The notes under the pieces were generated by a model. The model ran no database searches, was not told the DNA's origin, and saw only the letters and a list, made by a program, of their open reading frames with translations. Source: an uncultured Chloroflexia bacterium (GTDB taxonomy: Bacteria > Chloroflexota > Limnocylindria > Limnocylindrales > CSP1-4). Taken from it: a DNA stretch of 64,000 bases. How positions within the stretch are numbered: position 1 is the first letter of the stretch; the number at the start of each line of letters is the position of its first letter. The stretch is from positions 320,001-384,000 of the forward strand of contig CAWFXA010000003.1 in NCBI GenBank assembly GCA_963819655.1, given 5' to 3'. Shown here piece by piece: positions 27,478 to 37,500 of this stretch. A program made the position numbers and the translations under genes.

Positions 27478-28461
27478 ATGCCGACGCAGCGGCTCCGCCT
27501 CGGACTCCAGGTCTGGAGCCAATACGTGACCTGGCACGAGCTGATGGCGATCGGCCGGGAGATCGACGAGCTCGGCTTCGACGAGCTGTGGAGCAACGAT
27601 CACCTGCTGCCTCAGGCCGCCGGCGGCGTCGGGGCGCTGGGCGAGCTCGACGGTCCCGTGTTCGAGGGCTGGTCGATCCTGTTCGGCTGGGCCGGGATCA
27701 CGAGTCGAGCGCGGATGGGCTGCCTCGTATCCGGAGCGGGCTACCGGAACCCGGGCGTGCTGGTCAAGATGGCCACGGCCCTTGATCACGCGACCGACGG
27801 CCGTGCCGTGCTCGGGCTGGGGGCCGGCTGGTTCGAGCGCGAGCACCGTGCATTCGGGTTCGAGTTTCCGGCCGTGGGCCGGCGCCTCGATCGATTGGGT
27901 GACGCCGCCGCCATCTCGCGCGGGCTGCTTGACGGATCCACCGTCACCCACGACGGCGAGTGGTTCTCGGCTGTTGACGCGCGCAACGATCCGCCGCCCG
28001 TCCAGTCGCGCCTCCCCCTGGCGATCGGCGGCAGCGGCGAGAAGCGGACGCTGCGCATCGTCGCGCAGTACGCCGACATCTGGAACGCGGACCAGGACGA
28101 TCCCGAGTCGTTCCGGCGGCGGAACGGCATCCTCGACGAGCATTGCCGCGCCGTCGGGCGCGACCCTGCGTCGATCGAGCGGACCGCCGGGCTGGCTGCG
28201 CCGTGTATCCGGTCGACGCGCGGCGAAGCGGTCGATGCGCTGACCGCCATCCTCGAGCAGCAGGCGATGCCCCGCGCGGACGCACGGCGGATGGCCGAGG
28301 CGTCGCCGTTCGCGGGACCGGTGCCCGCGGTCGTGGCCGAGCTGCGCCGCTATCGGGACGCGGGTCTGAGCGCGGCGATGTTCGACTGGCCCGCACCGTT
28401 CGATCGACCCACGCTCGAGGCCCTCGCAGGCCCCGTCCGAGCCGCGCTCGACGAGGCCTGA
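27478..28461 (+). CDS. LLM class flavin/F420-dependent oxidoreductase
   Basis: WSNDH, RNPGVLVKMATALD, LGLGAGW, IGGSGEKRTL. Confidence 0.88.
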   Translation: MPTQRLRLGLQVWSQYVTWHELMAIGREIDELGFDELWSNDHLLPQAAGGVGALGELDGPVFEGWSILFGWAGITSRARMGCLVSGAGYRNPGVLVKMATALDHATDGRAVLGLGAGWFEREHRAFGFEFPAVGRRLDRLGDAAAISRGLLDGSTVTHDGEWFSAVDARNDPPPVQSRLPLAIGGSGEKRTLRIVAQYADIWNADQDDPESFRRRNGILDEHCRAVGRDPASIERTAGLAAPCIRSTRGEAVDALTAILEQQAMPRADARRMAEASPFAGPVPAVVAELRRYRDAGLSAAMFDWPAPFDRPTLEALAGPVRAALDEA

Positions 28462-29841
28462 CGGGCAGTCAGTCGAAGCCGCAGGCGGCGCCACCGGTGC
28501 CGCAGGTCCGCCTCGAGTGCCGGCTCGGGCAACCCCCGCGCTCGCCGCCGGTCGGACAATGCGAGACCGTGCTCGACGGTCGCCATCGCGGCCACGGGAT
28601 CGCGGAGCCGGTGCTCCCGCAGCTTCGCGCCCTCGATCGTGGCGAGGACCGCGACCCGGCCGGGACCGCAGGCCAGCGAATCCCAGGCGATGACTGCCTC
28701 GTCGATGCGGCCCATGCGCCGCAGCAGGTGCGCCCGATCGACGGCGATGCGTTCCTCGTCCCATGGCCGGCCGAACGCCTGGCGTCCGATCCCAGCCGGC
28801 GCTGGTCGGGCGTCGCTCCGGGCGGCCACCGAAGTCCGCCCGCCGCCGCGGTGACCACCACGGCTCCTCTGTGACCGGCGTCACCGGCACGACGGCGGAC
28901 CGGGCGCGTGCTGGCGCAGGATCCGCGGCAAGGGCGGCATCGAGGCAGTCGACGGCCTCATCGAAACGTCGCTCGCGGCGGAACGCTCGGGCGAGGCCAG
29001 CCAGGTCGCCCCGCGGCGCGCTCGTGCGCGCGATCGGGTCGCCCAGCCCTCGCTCGATGTGCTGGAGCAGCCGGCCGAGCGAGAGGACGTCTTCGCCGTT
29101 GTGCCGCACGACTGCGGCCAGGGGCTGCGCCGGTCCGCCGCGCAGGAAGCCGAGGTAGCGTCCCGGGATCTCCCAGCCGTCGACGTCGTCGTGGCGGACG
29201 ACGCCGAGCAACATCCGCTCGACGGTCCCGAGCCGCGCGTCGTCCATGCGGTGCCGGAAGAGCCGGCGGACGAGCGGCAGGAGGTCGAGGTGACCGGCAT
29301 GGTCCGGCGCCGCGCGTCGCGCCATCCGGAAGCGGGTGACGAGCAGTGGCCAGTCGAAGCCCCGTCCGTTGTAGGTCACCAGCCAGGCGTCGGGCGGGAT
29401 ATGGCGAGAGACCTGGTCGAGGAGGACGCCCTCTTCGCCCTGGTCGGGCAGCAGCAGCTGGACCTGCTGGAACGTCTCGCCTGTCCACCAGCCCAGGCCG
29501 ATCAGAAAGGCGACGGTGCCTGCCGCCGTCGCCAGACCGGTCGTCTCCGTGTCGAGGCAGACGAGCGGCCGATCCGCCGGCGCCTGACCCGGGAGACTCG
29601 CCAGCCGGCGGCGGTCGACCGGCAGGTCGATGCCCCCCGCCTCGACCCGCACGTACACGCCGTCGTCGGTCCCGACGACCTCGCCGTCGACCGCGGCGGC
29701 GAGGCGCCGCGCAAGCTCGAGGCTCGCGCGGGGCCGATAGGGCAGGGGGTCGTCTGTTGTGCCCGGACCCGGGTTGGCGTTCCGAAACCGCGCAAGGCGT
29801 CGGGCGAGGCGATCGCCCGGTTCGGCGACGGCGTCGATCAT
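28350..29841 (-). pseudogene. mrfB: MrfB/YprB-like RNase_H_2 (DEDDh) exonuclease with helical C-terminus, +1 frameshift near 28780-28830 (possibly sequencing error)
   Basis: LDTETTGL, TYNGRGFDWP, HNGEDV; AKLREHRLRD tail in the next frame; exact 3' end uncertain. Confidence 0.72.
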
Positions 29842-32141
29842 CCGGCCGCAGCAAGCCGGGCGCCGGCCCCGAGCTCCCCGAGCAGCCGCAGCGCAAGCCG
29901 GCGCGCGTCGACATCCGGTTCCAGGCGCGGGCCCGTGCAGGCCGGGCAGCCGCCGTCGCAGCCGCACGCAGCGATGAGGTCCGCGGCCCCCGCGAGCAGC
30001 TCGTCGTGGCGCTGCCACAGCCGCTCCGACAGCCCGATGCCGCCCGGCACGGCCTCGTACAGGTAGATCGTCGGCTCCTCCGCGTGCGGGGAGCGGACCT
30101 GCGTGACGAGTCCCAGATCGCGCGGGTCGACCATCAGCAGCACGGACGCGATCGTCTGGATCGCTCGCCCGGCACCGAGCAGGGCGACGTCGAGCTCGTC
30201 GCGACGCCAGTGGCTCCGCGCACGGTCCGCGGTGAGCCAGTACGCGGTCGTCTGGAGCTCGAGCTCGGGCAGGTCGATCGGCCCCCAGCCGACGTTCTCG
30301 TCGGTGATGAACTTGAGCTTCTTGAACAGCGTCACGATGCTCGCGACCATCACCTCGCCGTGCTTGCGCGTCCCGCCGGTCGCGGGCGCCTCGGCGAACA
30401 CCTCGAGGGGCTTGAGCGTGACCGCCCGATTGGCATAGGTGTAGTGGTCCGCGTCGATCTTGTGGACGTATGCCTTGCGCTCGTGCCATTCGAGCCGGTC
30501 GACGTAGTACTGGACCGACTCGTGGAGGTAGATCGCCCGCTCGTGGACGAGCACCTGGGCGCTGAACAGGTCGACCTCGCCCAGCACCCGCGGCCGGTCC
30601 GGGGTCGTGTCGATGATCACGACGTTCTCCGGCGCCGCTGTCCGCAGGGAGACCTCCGAGGCCGGGAAGTTCTCGCTTGACCAGTACCAGCGACCGTCGC
30701 CGGCCTGGCGGACGTGCCCTTCCTCGGCGAGGAATGCCAGCAGGTCGTCGGCGGGCGACGGCCCGAACACCTCGCCCGGCTCGAACGGCAGCTCGAACGT
30801 CGCCGCGCGCAGGTGAGCCAGCAGCACGTGCAGGTTGTCCGGATCGAGCCGCGCCTCCTCGGGCGTGTTGTCGAGCAGGAACTCCGGGTGGTGGATGACG
30901 TACTGGTCGACCGGAGCGCCCGAGGCGACGAGGATCGCGACGCTGGTGCCCTGCCGCCGTCCGGCACGACCGAACTGCTGCCACGTGGCGGCGACCGAGC
31001 CCGGATAGCCGGCCAGGATCGAAACGTCAAGCCGCCCGATGTCGACGCCGAGCTCGAGCGCGTTCGTCGAGACCACGCCGAGGATCTCGCCGTCGCGCAG
31101 ACCGCGCTCGATCGACCGGCGCTCCGTCGGCAGGTAGCCACCGCGATAGCCGCGGACACGGCTCCGAGGCCCGAAGCTCTCGCGGAGCGACTCGCGCAAG
31201 CCCGTCAGCAGGATCTCGACCGCGACCCGCGACCGACCGAAGACGATCGTCTGGCGCCCGGCCCGCAGGAAGGGCAGGGCCCAGCGTTGGGCCAGCGTGG
31301 CCGACGAGCCGCGCGCGCCACTCGCCGGCTCCATGACCGGCGGGTCGACGAGCAGGACGTGCCGCTGACCTGCCGGGGCGCCGTTGCGGTCCACGAGGCG
31401 TGCCGGTCGGCCGGTCAGCATCGCCGCGAGCTCCGAGGGGTTGCCGATCGTCGCAGAGCAGCACACGATCACGGGCGTGCTGCCGTAGTGCGCGCAGATC
31501 CGGAGGAGCCGGCGCAGGACGTTGGCGACGTGGCTGCCGAACACGCCTCGGTACGTGTGCAACTCGTCGACGACGATGAGTTTCAGTTGCTCGAACAGCT
31601 GGAACCACTTCGTGTGGTGAGGCAGGATCGCCGAGTGGAGCATGTCCGGGTTGGTCACGACGACCTGGCCGGCGGCCCGCACCGTGGACCGGATCGGGGC
31701 CGGGGTGTCGCCGTCGTAGGTGGACGTGATGATGGACAGTCCGGCGGACGCCGCGAGCTCGCCGAACTCCGTCACCTGGTCCTGCCCGAGGGCCTTGGTC
31801 GGGAAGAGGAACAGCGCGCGAGCCGATGGATCCTCGGCGATCGCCTGGAGAGCCGGCAGGGCATAGCAGAGCGTCTTGCCGGAAGCCGTCGGGGTGACGA
31901 CCACCACGTCCTCGCCGGCGTGGACGGCCTCGATCGCCTCGGCCTGATGCGTGTACAGCTGGTCGATCTCGCGGGATGCGAGCCCGGAGACGATCCGCTC
32001 GTCCAACCACGCCGGCATCCCGGCATAGGCCGCTTCGCGCGGCGGGATGACCGCGTGATGGACGACCCCACGCGCCAGCGAGGGCTCGTCGAGGAGGCGC
32101 TCGAGGACCGTCGAGGGGTCGGCGGGGGCGTAGGTGCGCAT
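29838..32141 (-). CDS. mrfA: DEAH-box helicase with DUF1998 (MrfA/YprA/SftH family)
   Basis: LYTHQ, TASGKT, DELH, SAT, GRAGRR, C-terminal CGCDGGCPAC. Confidence 0.9.
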   Translation of the reverse strand: MRTYAPADPSTVLERLLDEPSLARGVVHHAVIPPREAAYAGMPAWLDERIVSGLASREIDQLYTHQAEAIEAVHAGEDVVVVTPTASGKTLCYALPALQAIAEDPSARALFLFPTKALGQDQVTEFGELAASAGLSIITSTYDGDTPAPIRSTVRAAGQVVVTNPDMLHSAILPHHTKWFQLFEQLKLIVVDELHTYRGVFGSHVANVLRRLLRICAHYGSTPVIVCCSATIGNPSELAAMLTGRPARLVDRNGAPAGQRHVLLVDPPVMEPASGARGSSATLAQRWALPFLRAGRQTIVFGRSRVAVEILLTGLRESLRESFGPRSRVRGYRGGYLPTERRSIERGLRDGEILGVVSTNALELGVDIGRLDVSILAGYPGSVAATWQQFGRAGRRQGTSVAILVASGAPVDQYVIHHPEFLLDNTPEEARLDPDNLHVLLAHLRAATFELPFEPGEVFGPSPADDLLAFLAEEGHVRQAGDGRWYWSSENFPASEVSLRTAAPENVVIIDTTPDRPRVLGEVDLFSAQVLVHERAIYLHESVQYYVDRLEWHERKAYVHKIDADHYTYANRAVTLKPLEVFAEAPATGGTRKHGEVMVASIVTLFKKLKFITDENVGWGPIDLPELELQTTAYWLTADRARSHWRRDELDVALLGAGRAIQTIASVLLMVDPRDLGLVTQVRSPHAEEPTIYLYEAVPGGIGLSERLWQRHDELLAGAADLIAACGCDGGCPACTGPRLEPDVDARRLALRLLGELGAGARLAAAG

Positions 32142-32162
32142 CGACGCGACTCCGGCTGTATC

Positions 32163-32206
32163 AGAACGGATGTTCGGAATTGTTGGCAGTCTAGAGGGAG
32201 CGTCAA
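32163..32206 (-). promoter_or_regulatory. LexA (SOS) box and promoter of mrfAB
   Basis: GAAC-GGAT-GTTC at 32164-32175, just downstream of minus-strand TTGACG(32206)-16-AACAAT. Confidence 0.75.
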
Positions 32207-32280
32207 GTGCAGGAGTGACAGGTTGGCTGTCACGACGGCTCGGTTGACACCGCAGCTACTCGTCAGCTACGCTCCCGGCG

Positions 32281-32781
32281 ATGTCGCGCCCCCACGTCCC
32301 CGACGCGCCCGATTCCGAACCCGACGAGCTCCTCGACACGGCCGCGTCCGAACCGGGACGGGCAGTGGCCGTCGACCTTTCCTCGCTGCCGATCGTCGGG
32401 CTGACCCGGCGGCGGATGGCCCTCCTGGTCGGCGCGTTGTTGGCCGTGTGGATCCTGATCACGTTTGCCCGCCAGGTCGCCGAGGCGTCCGAATCGGTGA
32501 CGCGTGCCGAGGACATCGCGACCGGCAACGCGATCATTCGGCTCGAGGTTGCCGCGATGGAGCGCGAGCTCGAGGCGATCGGGCGGCAGCGCTTCATCGA
32601 GCAGCAGGCGCGCGGATACGGGGTCGGGAACTCGCACGAGACCCCGTTCGCGCTGGCGCCGGACGCCCCTCCGCTGGCAGCCGATGCGCCGGGCTCGGCC
32701 GCGGTTCGCGTCGGGGCTGACATCGAGGACGTGTCGCCTTTCGAGCGCTGGCTCACGGTGCTGTTCGGGCCGTCGGTCTGA
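32281..32781 (+). CDS. Septum formation initiator (FtsL/DivIC-like) membrane protein
   Basis: Single TM helix, coiled coil, FIEQQARGYG; TTGACA-18-TACGCT promoter 7 nt upstream. Confidence 0.6.
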   Translation: MSRPHVPDAPDSEPDELLDTAASEPGRAVAVDLSSLPIVGLTRRRMALLVGALLAVWILITFARQVAEASESVTRAEDIATGNAIIRLEVAAMERELEAIGRQRFIEQQARGYGVGNSHETPFALAPDAPPLAADAPGSAAVRVGADIEDVSPFERWLTVLFGPSV

Positions 32782-32821
32782 CCGGCCGGGTCCACGGCGC
32801 GCGTGCGGCCCGTGCCATGGT

Positions 32822-33036
32822 TTCCTGCCAGATACTCGTGTGGTGAGCCTTGGTCCAAGACCGCGCCTGTGTGGAGCCGCGTCCCTTGAATATCGATGCA
32901 CCTGGCCCCGTTTCATGCACCTGTCCCGCGCGACTCCGCCGCGAACAATTCGCACTAGTGCATAGCCATCCATCCTCGGCCGCCAAGCGAGGGCGCGAAG
33001 ATGCCTAAGAACCAGCAGGCGAGTACTTGGCAGGAA
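32822..33036. repeat. 215-bp imperfect inverted-repeat element (MITE/REP-like or structured RNA)
   Basis: Ends TTCCTGCCAGATACTCG and CGAGTACTTGGCAGGAA (15/17 complementary); same motif recurs at 43666-43945. Confidence 0.6.
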
Positions 33037-33182
33037 GTAAGCTGCCCGTTCGGCGTGCCCGGCTTGGGCAGAGCCGGCGCTCAACCGATTTCGATCTGGG
33101 TCAGCCAGTCCTTCGTTTCGGAGGATCGACACGCCTCGGAGGAAGTCTGCGAATTGGCGCCCCAGCCGGTCGACCGCAGCGG

Positions 33183-33698
33183 ATGACCGAAGCCGACCGG
33201 AGCAGCGAGTACGCCCGCCTCCTGGCGGAGAACCGCCGCTACACGGACGCGTTCGATCGATCCGCGCTGACCGCTGCACCGCTGTCGCGGCTGGTCATCG
33301 TCGCGTGCATGGACGCGCGGCTCGATGTCGAGGAGTCGCTCGGCCTGCGCACCGGGGACGCACACATCATCCGCAACGCGGGCGGTCTCGTGACCGAAGA
33401 CGTCATCCGCTCGCTGATCGTGAGCATGGAGCTGCTCGGCACCGAGGAGATCGTCGTCATCGAGCACACGGGCTGCGGTCTCGACGGCGTCGACGAACCG
33501 GCGCTCCGGACACGCGTGGCCGAGAACACCGGATTGCCGCTCGACGAGGTGCCGACCACCTTCGGCGGCTTCGGCGACCTCGAGGGGAACGTGCGGGCCC
33601 AGGTCGCCATCCTGCGCGCCCATCCGCTTCTGCGGCCCGTGCCCGTGCACGGTCTCGTGTTCGACGTCTCGACCGGTCGGCTGTACGAGGTGGCGTGA
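33183..33698 (+). CDS. Beta-class carbonic anhydrase
   Basis: CMDAR, RNAGG, HTGCG Zn ligands. Confidence 0.9.
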   Translation: MTEADRSSEYARLLAENRRYTDAFDRSALTAAPLSRLVIVACMDARLDVEESLGLRTGDAHIIRNAGGLVTEDVIRSLIVSMELLGTEEIVVIEHTGCGLDGVDEPALRTRVAENTGLPLDEVPTTFGGFGDLEGNVRAQVAILRAHPLLRPVPVHGLVFDVSTGRLYEVA

Positions 33699-33823
33699 AC
33701 GGGCGGTCGTCCAGAACGGCAATCGATGCAGGTGCAAGGTCGAGCCCTGACCGTGCGAGACTGGCGGGGCCAAGCCGCGCGTATCCTGCCCGGACGTACG
33801 CGTTCTGAAGGGACCCCCAGCTC

Positions 33824-34732
33824 ATGAAGTGGAAGCGCAATACGGGCTTCGATCAGATCGAGGACCGCCGCGGTCAGTCGAGTGGTGGCGGGCTCGGCGA
33901 CGTCCTGGGTGGCGGTGGGGGTGGAAGCGGCATCCCGATCCCGATCCCGGGCGGCAAGGCCGGCGGCGGGCTCGGTGGCATCATCGTGATCGTCGTCCTG
34001 TTCCTGCTGTTCAGCGGCGTACTGGGTAGCAGCGGCGGCATCCCCGGCCTGGGCGGGCTGTCGGGTGGGGGTGGCCCGGTGGAACCGGGCGGCACGCTCA
34101 ACCCGCAAAGCGAGACCGACGAGCAGCTGGCCTACATCGTGTCGAACATCCAGGCGTTCTGGGCGACCACGTTCAGCGCGTCGGGCCGCCAGTACCCGGA
34201 GACCAAGCTCGTGTTGTTCGATGGAGCCACGCAGTCCGCGTGCGGTCCCGCATCCTCGGCGACCGGGCCGTTCTACTGCCCGGCCGACCAGAAGGTGTAT
34301 CTGGACCTCGGCTTCTTCGATGAGCTGAAGTCGCGCTTCGGCGCGTCGGGCGGCGACTTCGCAGTGGCGTACGTCGTGGCGCACGAGTTCGGTCACCACA
34401 TCCAGACCGTGCTCGGCATCGCGGAGAACGTCCAGGAGCTGTCTGCCCAGGATCCGGGCCGCCGCAACGACCTCTCGGTCCGGATGGAGCTGCAGGCCGA
34501 CTGCCTCGCGGGTGTGTGGGCGAATTCGGCGCAAAGCGACCTCGAATCGGGCGACATCGACGAGGCCCTCAGCGCAGCGTCGGCGGTCGGCGACGACCGG
34601 ATCCAGGAATCGACCACCGGACGGATCGAACCGGAGAGTTGGACACACGGCTCGGCCGAACAGCGCGTCGCGTGGTTCACGACGGGCTACCGAAGCGGCA
34701 ACCCGGACGACTGCGACACGTTCGCGCAGTAG
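33824..34732 (+). CDS. Neutral zinc metallopeptidase (YpfJ family)
   Basis: IEDRRG, GPFYCPAD, HEFGHH, ELQADC, HGSAEQR. Confidence 0.9.
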   Translation: MKWKRNTGFDQIEDRRGQSSGGGLGDVLGGGGGGSGIPIPIPGGKAGGGLGGIIVIVVLFLLFSGVLGSSGGIPGLGGLSGGGGPVEPGGTLNPQSETDEQLAYIVSNIQAFWATTFSASGRQYPETKLVLFDGATQSACGPASSATGPFYCPADQKVYLDLGFFDELKSRFGASGGDFAVAYVVAHEFGHHIQTVLGIAENVQELSAQDPGRRNDLSVRMELQADCLAGVWANSAQSDLESGDIDEALSAASAVGDDRIQESTTGRIEPESWTHGSAEQRVAWFTTGYRSGNPDDCDTFAQ

Positions 34733-34833
34733 GGTCGCCCGCAGTCTTTAGGCCCAACGACCCCCTTTCCACCGCGACGCGCGTGTCGTAGGCTCCCACC
34801 TCGACGCCGGGACCGGCCCCGCGTCCACTCGGG

Positions 34834-36648
34834 GTGATCACGATGGCCGCCACACAACCCGTCGCGACGGAACGCCGCGTCCTCCACCTCTGGCGACCGG
34901 GTCGGGTGACACGCCGGTTCGTGATCGGATCGCTGTTCGGCGTCCTCGTGGTGCTTGGCGCGTTGGCAGCGTTCGGTCAGTCGTACGCGGGCCGGGTCCT
35001 GCCAGGGATCGTGCTCGGTGGCGTCGACATCGGTGGCATGACCGAGCACGAGGCCCGGCTGGCGCTCGATGCCGCGCTCGGCGGGCTCGAGGAGGGCCAG
35101 ATCGAGCTCGTCTCGAGCCGGACCACCGCCGTGATCCCGTACGCCGATGTCAGCCGCGTGATCGACGACGAGGGGATGCTCGCCGGCGCCCTTGGGCACG
35201 GTCGGGACGGCACGAAGCTGGAAGAGGCCGTCGCCGGGATCCGCGGTCTGCTCGAGCCAGTCACGCTGCCGGTCGTCATCGACTACGACCGCGATCGACT
35301 CGCAACCGGGCTTGCCGAGTTCCAGGAGTTGGGCGAGCGGTCGCCCGTCGATGCGAGCGTCGCATTCCAGCGCACGGCATTCATGGCCTTGCCCGCGGCC
35401 GAGGGTGTCACCGTCGACACCACCCGGATCGCCTCGCTGATCGACCAGGCGCTCCTCGACCCAGCGACGCCTTCAGTCGTGCGCGTGGCGGCCGACTCAC
35501 TGCCGATCAGCCCGGCGATCTCGGACGCGGACGCGGCCCGCGCCATCACCGCCGCGGAGCGGATCGCGGCCCCAATCGAGATCACCGCTGGAAAGCGGAC
35601 ATGGTCGATCACCCAGGCGCGTATCGCGTCGTGGATGAGCTTCGTCGGGACGGGCGCCGACTACGGGCCCGTCGTCGACCACGCCGACGCGCCGGCCGCC
35701 CTCAAGTCGATCAAGAAGGCCGTGCTGACCAAACCGCGCGACGCCCAGTACCTGCGCTCGCGATCGGGCGGCATCTTCGGTGTCGCCGCATCGTCGGCCG
35801 GACGCGCGCTCGACGTCGATGCGACGGTCGCCTCGATCATGGCGACCCTCGAGGCCCGCGCAGCCGGGCCGGCTCCGGCCCGGCCGATCAAGGTCGCGAT
35901 GATGGCCGTCGCGCCGGATCTGACCACCGGCGAGGCAACCCGCCGAGCGCCGCTCGTCGAGCGGATCGGCTCGTGGACGACCTACTACCAGCCCGGCCCC
36001 GGGAACGGATTCTCAGCCAACATCACGGTGCCTGCGCGGCGCCTGGACGGCATGGTGGTCAAGCCCGGCCAATCGTTCGACTTCTGGAACGCACTTGGTG
36101 AGATCAGCTTCCGGACGGGCTATCGGATGGGCAACGCCATCGTCGGCGGCCACACGGCCGAGGGCCGGGCACTGGCAGGTGGTATCTGTGCCGCCTCGAC
36201 GACGCTGTTCAACGCCGCCGCCCGTGGTGGCCTGCAGATCACCGCACGGCAGCCGCATTGGTACTACATCAAGCGCTACCCGCTCGGTCTGGACGCGACG
36301 GTGTCGGACTCGCAGACCATGCGCTTCCGGAACGACACGGCGCATCCCGTGCTCATCAAGACGTTCGCCTCGCCGGGCGTCGTCCGGTTCGAGATCTGGA
36401 GCGTCCCCAACGGTCGCACCGTGACCTGGTCGAAGCCACACGTGACGAACGTCGTGCGCGGCTTCGACAGCGTCCGCTACACGTCGGCGCTGGCACCCGG
36501 CCAGACGAAGCGGATCGAGTACCCGGTCGACGGCAAGGACGTGGTCGTCACGCGGACTGTCCGCGACGCCCGGGGTCGCGTCATCAACCGCGACACGTTC
36601 GTGTCGCACTATCACCGAATGGTGGGCATCACCCTCGTGGGTCGCTGA
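34834..36648 (+). CDS. VanW family protein with peptidoglycan-binding repeats
   Basis: N-terminal TM; AGGICAASTTLFNAA, YPLGLDATV, FRNDT; G5-like tail. Confidence 0.82.
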   Translation: MITMAATQPVATERRVLHLWRPGRVTRRFVIGSLFGVLVVLGALAAFGQSYAGRVLPGIVLGGVDIGGMTEHEARLALDAALGGLEEGQIELVSSRTTAVIPYADVSRVIDDEGMLAGALGHGRDGTKLEEAVAGIRGLLEPVTLPVVIDYDRDRLATGLAEFQELGERSPVDASVAFQRTAFMALPAAEGVTVDTTRIASLIDQALLDPATPSVVRVAADSLPISPAISDADAARAITAAERIAAPIEITAGKRTWSITQARIASWMSFVGTGADYGPVVDHADAPAALKSIKKAVLTKPRDAQYLRSRSGGIFGVAASSAGRALDVDATVASIMATLEARAAGPAPARPIKVAMMAVAPDLTTGEATRRAPLVERIGSWTTYYQPGPGNGFSANITVPARRLDGMVVKPGQSFDFWNALGEISFRTGYRMGNAIVGGHTAEGRALAGGICAASTTLFNAAARGGLQITARQPHWYYIKRYPLGLDATVSDSQTMRFRNDTAHPVLIKTFASPGVVRFEIWSVPNGRTVTWSKPHVTNVVRGFDSVRYTSALAPGQTKRIEYPVDGKDVVVTRTVRDARGRVINRDTFVSHYHRMVGITLVGR

Positions 36649-36661
36649 ACGGCGCCTTCGC

Positions 36662-37441
36662 TCAGGAGGGCTCCGAAGTCGGCGTTGGCGCAAGCGTGGG
36701 CAACGCGAACTCGGTTGCGATCTTATCTCGCAGGCTGAGGATCCTGTCGACGACCGGGGCATGATCTGCGCCTTCGGCCACGGTTTCCAACATCGCCGTG
36801 AGCTCGTCGACATACAGTCTCAGCGTGCCGTCCTGGTCGAGCGCCGACATATTCTGCGTGACCCACTCAGACTCGTCGATGGCCCACTGCGCCGTCAGGA
36901 GCTCGTCATCCGTGACCGCGAGTTCTGCCAAAGCATCGATGCGACCGATGATCCGCGTGGCAAGGGACGGATCTCTTGTTGGACTCGGCGCGTCCGAGGT
37001 CGAGTCGGTCGGCGATAGGGTCGACTCAGTGGCCGTGACGTCGAATTCGCCGCTCACCGGCGCCATCTGGCCTGGGCTGGTCCCATACGTCATCCGGTAG
37101 TGGCCGACGTCCAGGTCCGGCAGCGTGCCCCAGACACACGGTGCGGGCTCGGTCACGCTGATCGTCTGACGGGCTTCAACGAGCTCGATCCCATCCTTCT
37201 CGAGCTTGACTGTGACCGTTCCCCCGGTCGGCAATGCCGGCGACATCTCCAGCACGGTTCGGATCGGCACGCCGTGCGGGAAGGTCGAGCCGGTGTCTGT
37301 CAGGGAGCATTCGGAACCGCCCGTGCCAAATCCGACCGACATCATGTCGGGACCGCTCGACCCCGACTGGTCCGTGCAGGCCGCCATGAACGGTGTCCCG
37401 ATGGCCAGGAGCAGGATCGCCAAGGCCGGGAGGCGACGCAC
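36662..37441 (-). CDS. Hypothetical lipoprotein
   Basis: MRRLPALAILLLAIGTPFMAAC signal and lipobox; TACCCT-6 nt-GTG start. Confidence 0.6.
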   Translation of the reverse strand: MRRLPALAILLLAIGTPFMAACTDQSGSSGPDMMSVGFGTGGSECSLTDTGSTFPHGVPIRTVLEMSPALPTGGTVTVKLEKDGIELVEARQTISVTEPAPCVWGTLPDLDVGHYRMTYGTSPGQMAPVSGEFDVTATESTLSPTDSTSDAPSPTRDPSLATRIIGRIDALAELAVTDDELLTAQWAIDESEWVTQNMSALDQDGTLRLYVDELTAMLETVAEGADHAPVVDRILSLRDKIATEFALPTLAPTPTSEPS

Positions 37442-37500
37442 GACGACAGGGTACTCGGCCGCCCGGCGATCACCGTTGGCCGGATAGAGCGCGCTCGGCG

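Noticed and set aside
28350-28461. 112-bp convergent overlap of mrfB and the LLM gene
   Set aside because: The mrfB 3' end is uncertain because of the frameshift, and run-on tails are common in high-GC genomes
29838-32141. DUF1998 helicase as a DISARM/Druantia defence component
   Set aside because: No methylase or other defence genes; pairing with an RNase_H_2 exonuclease and an SOS box fits MrfAB repair
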